Shown here: positions 12,273-24,239 of the stretch, piece after piece
Layout of the letters: the number at the start of each line of letters is the position of its first letter
Position numbering within the stretch: the first letter of the stretch is position 1
Source: Octopus sinensis
Taxonomy: Eukaryota
DNA: 64,000 bases
Direction: 5' to 3'
Assembly (NCBI RefSeq): GCF_006345805.1
Contig: NC_043011.1
Location: forward strand, 67,034,464 to 67,098,463
Translations under genes and position numbers: made by a program
The notes under the pieces: model-generated
Told to the model about the DNA's origin: nothing
Databases searched by the model: none
What the model saw: the letters and a program-made list of their open reading frames with translations, nothing else

Positions 12273-15138
12273 AGCAATGAAAAATTGTAAAAATGCAGAA
12301 TGCTCGATTGAAAGAAAATTTTAATGAATTGAGAAAATGAAAAAATATAGAAATATATATTTATTCAAACCGGTTTTCGTCATAGTTTGACTTATCAAGA
12401 ATAGTTAGGTGAAAAGGTTTTTTAAAAATGAGAAAGGGGAAAAAAAGTTGCATTGCTTTTTGCAAAAGAATAATAGTAGTAAATATGTATAAAAAATAAG
12501 AAATAAGTACTCCGATACATTGTGAGTTCGCTGTGTATCTTGAGTTTAATGATTGTTCATGAAAAAATTACCTTGAGGTATTAGGATCCAATGGGATTAA
12601 GGCCATGTGTTGTTTGGTTTAATTTAGGATGTTGGCAAAACAGGAAGTAGTAGTAATTGTGGTTCTTCAGTTCCTGTGTTGTGAATAAGGGGAGACAACT
12701 CTTTTGAGTTCTTCAATAAAAGCTGCTGATAAACCCCAAATTATAAAATTGTCATTTTAGCTTCATTTGCATTATCTTTTTTATATAATTGTTTGTTAAT
12801 TTAACTTTCAGATTTTAACACTTTATTATTATATTTTCTAATTATATAAATTTGCATAGACAATTGCATTTCAGATTGTTATATTATAAATAATAAAGAC
12901 GATGGTAATAACAACAATAGTAAAAATGATATTTAAAGAGTATAAGTTTTTGCTTGAAGTGATGAATCTATGGTATCCTTATATATTTGTGTGAGTCCAT
13001 CCATGAAGAATGAGGTAGAAAAGGGAAGTTTGATCAACGAGGAGTTTGTATATTAAGTTGTGTTTGGAATTTTTCAATAAAGAGATTCTCCTTGTTAATT
13101 CTCTCCTGTGTGGTGATGCCGTCTTTACATTGGTAGAAGGGGAATATATAGAATTTGGGGTTTAAGTCTTTAGCGCATGAGTCTATGTGGCCACTCAGTG
13201 GAATTTGTCGGTATTCCGGGAGATTTATTTGTTCTTTATGCACCGCTACTCGTTTACGTAACGGGAGACTCGTTTGTCCAACATATTATGTTGGCAACCA
13301 GTGCATGTGAGAACGTAGATAAGGTTCTCGGAGGAACAGGAGAAGTTAGTCTTGATTTTAAACTTCGTACCTTGTTTGAAGGTAAATTCAGAACCTTCAA
13401 GTAGGAGGGGGCATGTCCCGCAGTTTGGGCGTGCACATTTTTTTACTGCTGGGGATGGATGTGGTGTGTGAAGTTTGGCATTTGTCAAGAGTTTTTTTAA
13501 AGATTTGTGTTGCCTTTTACATTTGAGGATTTTGTGTGTATTTATAATGTTTTTCATTTTGGGGTCTGTTGACAGTAGACTGAGGTTTTGTATGATTGTG
13601 GTGTATGCTTCGATATTTTTGGGGTTGTGGGTGGAAATGTATGGAAGTATTTTGAGGTTGTTTGTGGTGTTAGGTTGGGTAGTTTTCAGTGTAATGTTAT
13701 CTAGTTCTTTGGCGCATTTTATTCCATACTCTATAAGGGTGGAGGGATATTGGCGTTGTAATAGTGTTTTTTTGAGGTCTTGAAGGCGTATTTCTCGTGT
13801 TTTTGGATCCGAGACAATGGTGCATACCCTTTTAGCCAAATTGAAAGGGATATTTGTCTTGGTGGTTTGGGTGGCATGAACTAAAGAGGAGGTATTGTTG
13901 TGAGTCTGTGGGTTTGTGGTAGATGTCTGTTATGATTTGGTTCTTAGATGTTTTTATAATTAGGAGATCAAGGAATGGTAGATGATGTTTGCTTAATTCC
14001 ATAGTGAATTGGATGTTGGGATGTATGTTGTTTAGTATGGTTTTGAATTCCAGGAGTTTTTCATAAGGTTCTTTCCAAATGATGAAACAATCATCCAAAT
14101 ACCTTTTCCAGTTTTCCTTTAGGTAGGTGTGGAAAACATGTCCAAATTTCTGGCGTGATATTTCATAGAGTGATAGTTCGAAGAAACCCATTATAAGGTT
14201 CGCAAGGACTGGTGCAGCCTTGGTACCCATCGCAATACCACATTTTTGACGGTAGTGTGTGTCGTCGAAGAGAAAAAAATTGTTGGTCAGAATGAACTTG
14301 AGAGATTCTGTAATAAAAGTCTTGTTAATGCGGTCAGGGAATGTCTCTGGGTGTTTTTCTAGCCAGAAGTCAATTGCCTCTATACCATATTCATGTGGGA
14401 TTTTGGTGTAGAGGTTGATGACATCAAAAGATACCAGGAGCGCCTCCTCGTTAACTGTTTTCGGGAGGTGTTTGAGCATCTCCAGATCATCCCTAATGAA
14501 ACTTTTGATGTGGGTAAGGAAAGGTTTCAAAAGGATGTCTAGGAAATTACTCAGGCGGTGTGTTTCACAGGAGGTGCCAGCCACGATGGGCCTTAGTTTT
14601 AGGTCCTCCGGTGCTTTGATGTTGATGTGGATGTCAGTGGAGAGTTTGCAGGCTTCGGTGATGTATTTGTTTTTATGGATTTTAGGAAGGCCATAAAAAA
14701 GGCTGGGCTTGCATTTGAAATTGGTGATATAATCCCTTTCATTTTCTGTGAGTCCATGACCGTGTTAGCGTATGAGTGTGGTGAGGTTTCTGATTGTTTT
14801 TTGCTGTTTATAGTTGTTAATAACCTCATAGAAACTGTTATTGTTAAGCATGGAAAGTACTAGGTGTTTATGAAATTCCGTGTCCATAAGGACCACAGCG
14901 CTCCCTTTATCAGCTTCTTTAATGGTAAAGTTTTTATCCAGTTGTATGTCACGTAGGTTTTTCCATTCTTCCTTACTGAAATTAGATTTTACCGTGGTTT
15001 TGCTTGGGGTAAATGGGAGACTCTGGATGTGTTTGCAAAAATCGTCCAGTGTTTTATTTGTCCCTTTTGATGGTAGGAAGTTGCTTTTATTTCTGATCAA
15101 TGAATCGTCCCCATTGTTGATATTTGACAAGGCTTCTT
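12273..15138 (-). mobile_element. Penelope-like retroelement (RT + GIY-YIG), 5'-truncated and frameshifted
   Basis: ORF 13832-14584 has RT motifs (LVSFDVINLYTKIP, GIAMGTKAAP, RYLDD). ORF 13246-13839 has CARPNCGTC and SENLIYVLTC. The Cys-rich linker suggests the Neptune group (inference). Confidence 0.95.
12362..12403 (-). ncRNA. Identical hammerhead-like fold in the left PLE arm
   Basis: Exact reverse complement of 16830-16871. Confidence 0.6.
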
Positions 15139-16958
15139 ATGATTGTTTCATCATATGGAAAGAACCTTATGAAAAACTCCTGGAATTCAAAACCATACTA
15201 AACAACATACATCCCAACATCCAATTCACTATGGAATTAAGCAAACATCATCTACCATTCCTTGATCTCCTAATTATAAAAACACCTAAGAACCAAATCA
15301 TAACAGACATCTACCACAAACCCACAGACTCACAACAATACCTCCTCTTTAGTTCATGCCACCCAAAACACACCAAGACAAATATCCCTTTCAAATTGGC
15401 TAAAAGGGTATGCACCATTGTCTCGGATCCAAAAACACGAGAAATACGCCTTCAAACCTCAAAAAACACTATTACAACGCCAATATCCCTCCACCCTTAT
15501 AGAGTATGGAATAAAACGCGCCAAAGGACTAGATAACATTACACTGAAAACTACCCAACCTAACACCACACACAACCTCAAAATACTTCCATACATTTCC
15601 ACCCACAACCCCAAAAATATCGAAGCATACACCACAATCATACAAAACCTCAGTCTACTGTCAACAGACCCCAAAATGAAAAACATTATAAATACACACA
15701 AAATCCTCAAATGTAAAAGGCAACACAAATCTTTAAAAAAACTCTTGACAAATGCCAAACTTCACACACCACATCCATCCCCAGCAGTAAAAAAATGTGC
15801 ACGCCCAAACTGCGGGACATGCCCCCTCCTACTTGAAGGTTCTGAATTTACCTTCAAACAAGGTACGAAGTTTAAAATCAAGACTAACTTCTCCTGTTCC
15901 TCCGAGAACCTTATCTACGTTCTCACATGCGCTGGTTGCCAACATAATTATGTTGGACAAACGAGTCTCCCGTTACGTAAACGAGTAGCGGTGCATAAAG
16001 AACAAATAAATCTCCCGGAATACCGACAAATTCCACTGAGTGGCCACATAGACTCATGCGCTAAAGACTTAAACCCCAAATTCTATATATTCCCCTTCTA
16101 CCAATGTAAAGACGGCATCACCACACAGGAGAGAATTAACAAGGAGAATCTCTTTATTGAAAAATTCCAAACACAACTTAATATACAAACTCCTCGTTGA
16201 TCAAACTTCCCTTTTCTACCTCATTCTTCATGGATGGACTCACACAAATATAAGGATACCATAGATTCATCACTTCAAGCAAAAACTTATACTCTTTAAA
16301 TATCATTTTTACTATTGTTGTTATTACCATCATCTTTATTATTTATAATATAACAATCTGAAATGCAATTGTCTATGCAAATTTATATAATTAGAAAATA
16401 ATATAAATAAAGTGTTAAAATCTGAAAGTTAAATTAACAAACAATTATATAAAAAAGATAATGCAAATGAAGCTAAAATGACAATTTTATAATTTGGGGT
16501 TTATCAGCAGCTTTTATTGAAGAACTCAAAAGAGTTGTCTCCCCTTATTCACAACACAGGAACTGAAGAACCACAATTACTACTACTTCCTGTTTTGCCA
16601 ACATCCTAAATTAAACCAAACAACACATGGCCTTAATCCCATTGGATCCTAATACCTCAAGGTAATTTTTTCATGAACAATCATTAAACTCAAGATACAC
16701 AGCGAACTCACAATGTATCGGAGTACTTATTTCTTAATTTTTATACATATTTACTACTATTATTCTTTTGCAAAAAACAATGCAACTTTTTTCCCCTTTC
16801 TCATTTTTGAAAAAACCTTTTCACCTAACTATTCTTGATAAGTCAAACTATGACGAAAACCGGTTTGAATAAATATATATTTCTATATTTTTTCATTTTC
16901 TCAATTCATTAAAACTTTCTTTCGATCGAGCATTCTGCATTTTTACAATTTTTCATTG

Positions 16959-16960
<2 letters not shown>
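15139..16960 (+). mobile_element. Inverted second copy of the same PLE 3' half, with open GIY-YIG ORF (15418-16200)
   Basis: Near-identical reverse complement of 12273-14094; NLIYVLTCAGCQHNYVGQT is the GIY-YIG motif. Confidence 0.95.
16830..16871 (+). ncRNA. Minimal type-I hammerhead-like fold, U3-A8 core variant
   Basis: TATTC-TTGATAA-GTCA aacta TGAC-GAA-AACCGGTT-T-GAATA: stems I and II pair, stem III is palindromic, cleavage triplet UUU. Confidence 0.6.
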
Positions 16961-16998
<38 letters not shown>

Positions 16999-17122
16999 TT
17001 ATAGAAAATAGTAAAAAGTGAATAAACTACAGAAGGCTTGTTTTAAAAGGTTAAAAAATTATATTTGAGTCAATATGTCTGAAGAATGTTATGAATTTTT
17101 TTCTTACAATGACATAGTTTAG

Positions 17123-17161
17123 AAGAAATGACCGGTTTCGCGTCAGCTTTTCAAATTTCTT
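17123..17161 (-). ncRNA. Minimal hammerhead, U3-A8 variant, GUC cleavage triplet
   Basis: AAGAAAT-TTGAAAA-GC tgac GC-GAAACCGGTC-ATTTCTT: 7-bp stem I. Confidence 0.7.
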
Positions 17162-17526
17162 ACATCGTTATGTTTATGTTGGGAAGAGTTATCGTTATGT
17201 TTATGTTGAGAGGAGTTCTAGATAAGGGGAGGTAATAAGTGATTTCTTCCGGTGTAAGGGAGATAATCGCTTAAAATTTTTTGCCTTTCCTTTGGAGTGA
17301 ATTTCTCTGTATAAGTATGTTGGAATGGTTAAGTCTGGGCTTGTACTTTCAATGAAGAATGCTTCCTTGTTTAGTCTAATTTGTGTTGGTGTTCCGATAG
17401 CACAATGGAAAGATTAAAAATTGTGGTAGTAGTTGCTTTGCGCATTTCTCAATGTGCTCACTAAAGGGTATCATTCTTTATATTTTCTCTATATTCAACC
17501 ACGTTCTTTCACAAACCAACTTTCTC

Positions 17527-17571
<45 letters not shown>

Positions 17572-17736
17572 TATATATATATATATATAATATATATATA
17601 TATATATACATTTATAGAAAATAGTAAAAAGTGAATAAACTACAGAAGGCTTGTTTTAAAAGGTTAAAAAATATATATTTGAGTCAATATGTCTGAAGAA
17701 TGTTATGAATTTTTTTCTTACAATGACATAGTTTAG

Positions 17737-17776
17737 AAGAAATGACCGGTTTCGCGTTCAGCTTTTCAAATTTCTT
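17737..17776 (-). ncRNA. Second copy of the same hammerhead
   Basis: Same fold, with loop II tgaac. Confidence 0.7.
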
Positions 17777-18156
17777 ACATCGTTATGTTTACGTTGGGAA
17801 GAGTTATCGTTATGTTTATGTTGAGAGGAGTTCTAGATAGGGGAGGTAATAAGTGATTTCTTCCGGTGTAAGGGAGATAATCGCTTAAAATTTTTTGCCT
17901 TTCCTTTGGAGTGAATTTCTCTGTATAAGTATGTTGGAATGCTTAAGTCTGGGCTTGTACTTTCAATGAAGAATGCTTCCTTGTTTAGTCTAATTTGTGT
18001 TGGTGTTCCGATAGCACAATGGAAAGATTAAAAATTGTGGTAGTAGTTGCTTTGCGCATTTCTCAATGTGCTCACTAAAGGGTATCATTCTTTATATTTT
18101 CTCTATATTCAACCACGTTCTTTCACAAACCAACTTTCTCATATATATATATATAT

Positions 18157-18226
<70 letters not shown>

Positions 18227-18654
18227 TATTATATATACATATATATACTTACATGCGTACCTACATACATACATTCTGTATCTCTAAATTTTGCTGCGCT
18301 GTGATGACCCAAAAAGTATCGTAATATTTCCAAAACAGCATATTAATATGTAGATATCTTGACTAGTAATGCAAGTAGAGTCTCTTTTTAATGAGAACAT
18401 TGTACGTTTACAACATTGAACTAACACAGCGATATTGCATATTATTTGTTGTGCTATTATCACTCCTTTCCTTATTTCTGTTGCCTTACTGGTACGAAAT
18501 TATCATCGGCCTTACCATTATATCTCATTTATATGAAAATGATATGTTTTTGGTTATTACAGTAATATTGATATTGGTGTGAAGTAGGTGTGATATACTG
18601 TCATTACAGTTGTAATATACGTTCATATTGTGGCCTTATAACAGTTGTACGTAC

Positions 18655-18690
18655 CTCAGGTCTGCTCGAGTTTTCCTCATTGCTAGGGAA
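18655..18690 (-). CDS. Candidate 36-nt exon (gene copy A)
   Basis: ttcttttttacag|TTCCCTAGCAATGAGGAAAACTCGAGCAGACCTGAG|gtacgt; paralog at 29138-29173. Confidence 0.6.
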
Positions 18691-19421
18691 CTGTAAAAAA
18701 GAATTTATGTATTGTGAAATTGAAAATTCAACACAAATAGCACGTCTATTATCTCTTATTCAATATTCCCAAACGAAGAATGTTATCATTAGACGAAATT
18801 GCGTTGCATCATACTTATCTCGGAAGAGTAAATACCAGTAATACACTATGTTTGGTCAGGGATGAGGAAAAGAGAAGTCAATTGTAAAGTAGGATGCAGC
18901 TTTGTTTCGTTCACCTTAAATCCTCTCAGTCACATACTTCAGGAAATAGTACACTATAATCGGAATATATATCGTGTGATAAGAAGCGGTATATCAGACC
19001 TGAAGATGCGCTCAACTTGGCAGATGACATGAAGCTGCGAGGAAACATGTATGCATGAAAGAGTATCTACGATGCATATGACTTCAATGGTTGCGTTCCG
19101 CAACATCTGCATCGAATCGTTCCAACATAGTCAGCCTTGAGAGGTTCGAGCTTGGGCGACATCATAACAATTTTAAAGACAAATGTGAACCTAAATGATG
19201 TAGTATCATACGGACGTAGCATATAACTACATCATGCTGACTCTTTAACATCCTAGTATCCTTTTCCGATATTCGAGATGTGCTACTCTTTGAAAAACAG
19301 AAGCAATTGTCAAACTTTTAATTTACAATGCTTCCGACAATTACTTTCCAACACCACACTACTCCTACTCTTAGATTAGATGTAAGCATCAACAGACATA
19401 AGTAGTAATTAGCAAACTCAC

Positions 19422-19431
19422 CGCCTCTCAA
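19422..19431 (-). CDS. Possible 10-nt microexon
   Basis: tagatatttcag|TTGAGAGGCG|gtgagt; splice signals only, no paralog found. Confidence 0.25.
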
Positions 19432-20355
19432 CTGAAATATCTAAACACATACAACTACAGAAGATACGCCAGAACTACAAATTATAAACCACTAAATAGA
19501 AAAATCAAGCCTAGATATGCTGTCATTTATAAAGCACTATGGAACTTCACAGCATAATACAATACATGAAACAATCACATGTTGCCATATATAAGGCAAT
19601 ATATGACTAGAGAACACTAAACAAAACATACACACACACTTATGAACTGATATTAGCATCAAGTAATTTAGCATCAAGTAATTTAGCATCAAGTAATTCG
19701 CTTGCTCTAAAATTCGCTTGCTCAAAAATTAGCATCAAGTAATTCGCTTGCTCTAAATACGTCATTTACTATGAGTGATAAGCAGAAGGAGTGTCTATGA
19801 GCCGAGCAAAAAACTAAATCAATTTTTACAATTGGAAAATGTTGAACTAGGAAATAACGAAGGACAAAAAGGGGATTGTCTGTGTGTCTCACATAATCAG
19901 CGCTTTTACCGCTTCCCATAATATTTATTAGACCCTGTCAGTATGATAAGTTTTGTACTTAGCTCATGAGATGTATGTTATAATGAGGACCAATTCACTT
20001 TTCGTCGTAGTTAATCGTTCAAGAAAATGTCCAAATCCTGTACGTTTGCACTAAAGAGCAGTTCTAATATGCCACACAGCAAGTTAATTTTCTTCTGCTG
20101 TTTTTTTAAAAGTTGTTTCGAAGTTAAATTGTCGAGATAATTATTACTTTTATTTTCAAACTAACCTATTCCTTTTCACAAATATTCACCAAGAGTTAGA
20201 TTATGTAAGCACAATAAAACTTGTGGAAATCTCCACGTTTTATATAATATAATTTTATAGCATATATATCCACCACTGAAACTGGCGAAGCTAACAAGGA
20301 AATTGACTAAACAATAGTAATAACAACTGAGCGCTGAGTAATGAAAAGATCTTAC

Positions 20356-20440
20356 CTCACAGGTTTCGAAATACACGAAATCATAGTATTTATGGCAGGG
20401 GCGTATTGTATGAAAACAATGATCAAAATCTTTGTAACGT
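20356..20440 (-). CDS. Candidate 85-nt internal exon (RYKDFDHCFHTIRPCHKYYDFVYFETCE or DVTKILIIVFIQYAPAINTMISCISKPV)
   Basis: Strong acceptor gattcttttcgcag| and donor GAG|gtaaga; two of three frames are open. Confidence 0.5.
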
Positions 20441-21496
20441 CTGCGAAAAGAATCATAAATTATTGGCAAAAAGAAAATGTTGAATTATTCTGAATTTTAA
20501 GAAGGTATTTCGTTCTGACATGTAAGCGATTCCAAGCGAAATTTATGTCTTATATTCCTGGAGCACGAAAAAAAATGTATTAAACAATGGAGGCATATTT
20601 AATTGATTTCAACCAAAGTGAACGAACATACATCTTCCTCAAAAATAGAATTCAATATTTTCCACCAAAATCGGAGTTAATGGCTTCATGTATATTCTAC
20701 TGCTTGGATGGGTAAGTAAAAGAAAAATAAATACTGCTACTTTTTTTTTTATTCAGAATGGAATGTAGGCGACAAAAACGGTGCAAAATTGATGTCTCGT
20801 GTTCCTTAATGACATCTGGGGCGAGTTAACCCCCTTCTCTATGACATTCAGTTGTTTCACCCACCGGTACTTTAAGGGATTAAACACTACCGCGCTAAAT
20901 CGCGGCCTATCGTCATATATGTGGCGTTTCTGTATTGATTATGTAAGGTCGATAAATATATATATATACAAATATGTGTATATGTGTGCAAGTGAGTGTT
21001 TCTGTGTCTGTCTGTTTTTGTGCATGTATATACACACACACTCATATTTGTCTTTGAAATGTTTTCAAGCTTCATGATAATTCAACAAAATGAAACATAA
21101 TTTTTTACAAAAGTACTTGTTTTGCTGTATTCTGTATTTTTTCTTGTATCTGATACTTCTTATGGATCTTCTAAAATGAAGGTGTATGCATTAATTTGCC
21201 ACATCTCTATACGAAGACCGAGGAATCTTTCGAAATAGAGTTTATTTTAACGAGATACCAATTGATGAGTCACATATACACCGAGTGACACACCTAAATC
21301 AGATTTTCAGAACCACACCCCAAGGTATTGCTGCTAGATGGGTGAAAACAATTGTAGTAATCAGCATAGAAAGATTTTCGCATTTTCCATCTTCTCTCTC
21401 TCTCTCATTAATCAAATACCCAGCGACCACTGAGCGAGTGAATGCGCTTTACCGGCCAACTGGCAGATGTATACTTTACGATTAATTAACTAATAA

Positions 21497-21672
21497 TAAT
21501 AATTACTTCTTTATTGCCCACAAGGGGCTAAACATAGACGGGACAAACAAACAAAAACAAAAGGATGAATGGTGAAGTCGACCTCGGCGGAATTTAAACT
21601 CAGAAAGTGAAGACGGACGAAGTATAGCTAAGAATTTCGCATGACCTGCTAACGTTTCTGCCAACTGGCCAC
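21497..21672 (-). mobile_element. SINE family B, internally deleted
   Basis: Reverse complement of the GGCGAGCTGGCAGAAACGTTAGC...TTCCGCCGAGGTCGAC...GTGGGYARTAAAGAA family seen at 34.2, 42.8, 46.3 and 55.2 kb. Confidence 0.8.
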
Positions 21673-21714
21673 CTTGAAGTAATAATAACAATGGCGTGAG
21701 AGACATGCAATAAT

Positions 21715-22115
21715 ATACATGAGAAAAATCCTAGAAAGGCCACTACCTAACTTTGGCATTGAGTGTTATACAACTGCCAGAAGTGACCGCCATTGTATTG
21801 TACCAAAGGTATCACCCACTCCATTTAAATTCTGGACCGGGTACTTCAATATTATAGGGTTCAAAGGGTCACAGCTCTCCAATGCTCTGCCACAAACGTA
21901 GAGAAATTTGCATAAGATGGAAGTAGATGTCTTCAAAATGGAATTAGACATACTCGTCTCCACAATGCTCGATGAACCAACGGCAGTGACAAAGGCACAT
22001 ACATGAATGGTGATGTGGAACACCCAGACTCAGGAAGTCAGAAAGACCACGGCATGACTACGGCATGACAACGGCATGACTACGGCATGACAACGGCCTC
22101 ATAGCTAAAACGAAT
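21715..22115 (+). pseudogene. CR1-like LINE 3' remnant with an 11-bp tandem (ACGGCATGACW)x4
   Basis: Translation RHCIVPKV...GFKGSQLSNALP...VDVFKMELD...DEPT resembles a CR1-type C-terminus. Confidence 0.55.
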
Positions 22116-22184
22116 AAAGGAGCAAAAGAATATACATATATATATATGTGCATATGTATAAGTATATATATGTATGTATATATG

Positions 22185-22214
<30 letters not shown>

Positions 22215-22228
<14 letters not shown>

Positions 22229-22960
22229 TGTGTGTGTGTGTGTGTGTATGTATGTATGCATATAAACACATAAATATATACATATACATATATACACTCA
22301 CACATTTATATATATGTATGTATGTATGTATGTAGTATGTATGTATGTATGTATGTATGTATGTATGTATATATGTATGTATGTATGTATGTACATGGTG
22401 GGAGAATGTGCGTGTAGCTTGAGAAATATGAAAGTAATATTAATAGAAGTAGTCAGAGCATATTTACTGGCAGAAACGTTTTTCGTCCGTAATTCTACTA
22501 AAATCCATCTTGGCCTCTGGACAGTATTTATCTTGCAAGAAATTACAGTCTTGTGCCATTGCTTTTCCTAAATATTGATAAAACGAAAAACACAAAGTAG
22601 GAATGAAATCCTTGTTTTGAAATCATGTGGTTGAACGAAAAATTCGTGAGTTTATTAAGCTCAAACTACAATAAAAAACACAAGAAAACAGTGTCCATAA
22701 TTTCCTTCTGCACTGATATAACTGTTCATATAAATTTAGGGTCGAGAGATTTCATAATGCTGCTACGAATATCGCTATGTGTTGGTTTTGTTTCTTGTTG
22801 ACTTCTTCCGGTTTGTGAAGTGAAAGTTGTTAGTAATTGTGAAGAAAAAAACAATCGTTTGAAAAGTACTTTAAAAAGGAAGTTCGATGTATTTTTTATC
22901 GACGAATCTATGGTCTCTGTCGTTCTATCTATCCATATAAAGCTATGTGTGTGTGTGTGT

Positions 22961-22992
<32 letters not shown>

Positions 22993-23061
22993 CATATAAA
23001 CACATAAATATATACATATACATATATACACTCACACATTTATATATATGTATGTATGTAC

Positions 23062-23092
<31 letters not shown>

Positions 23093-23700
23093 TGTATGTA
23101 TATATGTATGTATGTATGTATGTACATGGTGGGAGAATGTGCGTGTAGCTTGAGAAATATGAAAGTAATATTAATAGAAGTAGTCAGAGCATATTTACTG
23201 GCAGAAACGTTTTTCGTCCGTAATTCTACTAAAATCCATCTTGGCCTCTGGACAGTATTTATCTTGCAAGAAATTACAGTCTTGTGCCATTGCTTTTCCT
23301 AAATATTGATAAAACGAAAAACACAAAGTAGGAAATGAAATCCTTGTTTTGAAATCATGTGGTTGAACGAAAAATTCGTGAGTTTATTAAGCTCAAACTA
23401 CAATAAAAAACACAAGAAAACAGTGTCCATAATTTCCTTCTGCACTGATATAACTGTTCATATAAATTTAGGGTCGAGAGATTTCATAATGCTGCTACGA
23501 ATATCGCTATGTGTTGGTTTTGTTTCTTGTTGACTTCTTCCGGTTTGTGAAGTGAAAGTTGTTAGTAATTGTGAAGAAAAAAACAATCGTTTGAAAAGTA
23601 CTTTAAAAAGGAAGTTCGATGTATTTTTTATCGACGAATCTATGGTCTCTGTCGTTCTATCTATCCATATAAAGCTATGTGTGTGTGTGTGTGTGTGTGT
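22215..23700. repeat. Near-identical tandem duplication, unit ~732 bp, bounded by (GT)n
   Basis: AAAGCTATGTGT junctions at 22939 and 23671; interiors almost identical. Confidence 0.9.
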
Positions 23701-23754
23701 GTTGTGTGTGTGTGTGTGTATGTGTGTGTGTGTGTGCGTTTGACAGGTTTGGTA

Positions 23755-24149
23755 GCCTTCAACTTACACTATCTCCTCCAAGACCCTGCGGCGCAAGTTG
23801 ACCAAAATTGAGACTATGATAGAAGAAGGCCTGTTCTTCATTCCGTAGAAGAAAATATTCAAATCGGACTATGTTAAGACCAGAAATCATCAACATGAAA
23901 AAGATGCTTTTTTGCCTTGAAAATTCCCATTTTTTACGATTTTTTGAGTGATGTGTCGCCAGTTTTCGGTGTATTTCAACCACAAAAATATTCACTTAAA
24001 GAGAATAACAAGCTACATAATGCAAAATAATTTTTACTTTTCAAACAAAGATTGAAACTATGTCAAAACTTTGTTAACGTGACATCAAAGTCTGTCGTTT
24101 TAAGCGCAACTAGAAAACAAACCCAAGCAACTCCGGGCTATACTGCTAG
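23755..24149 (+). mobile_element. 3' fragment of the Helitron family seen at 6741
   Basis: Matches the reverse complement of ~6741-7050; ends AACCCAAGCAACTCCGGGCTATACTG-CTAG|T. Confidence 0.75.
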
Positions 24150-24196
24150 TATATATATATATATATATAATAATTTGATACTGAATTATTGGAAGT

Positions 24197-24239
24197 CCAC
24201 CTGAAGATTGTCGATCAAGACAAGAAACGATTGTAGTGG
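24197..24239 (+). ncRNA. Minimal hammerhead with canonical C3-G8 core, in a ~170-bp (TA)n-flanked repeat
   Basis: CCAC-CTGAAGA-TTGTC gatcaa GACAA-GAAACGATTGTA-GTGG. Confidence 0.75.

Larger units (their letters stand above)
16996..18141 (-). mobile_element. Two tandem ~530-bp 3' ends of a second PLE family (period ~613 bp), each bounded by (TA)n
   Basis: Minus translation PFSEHIEKCAKQLLPQFLIFP...RLNKEAFFIE is homologous to the first PLE's GIY-YIG C-terminus (PLSGHIDSCAKDLNPKFYIFP...RINKENLFIE). Confidence 0.8.
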
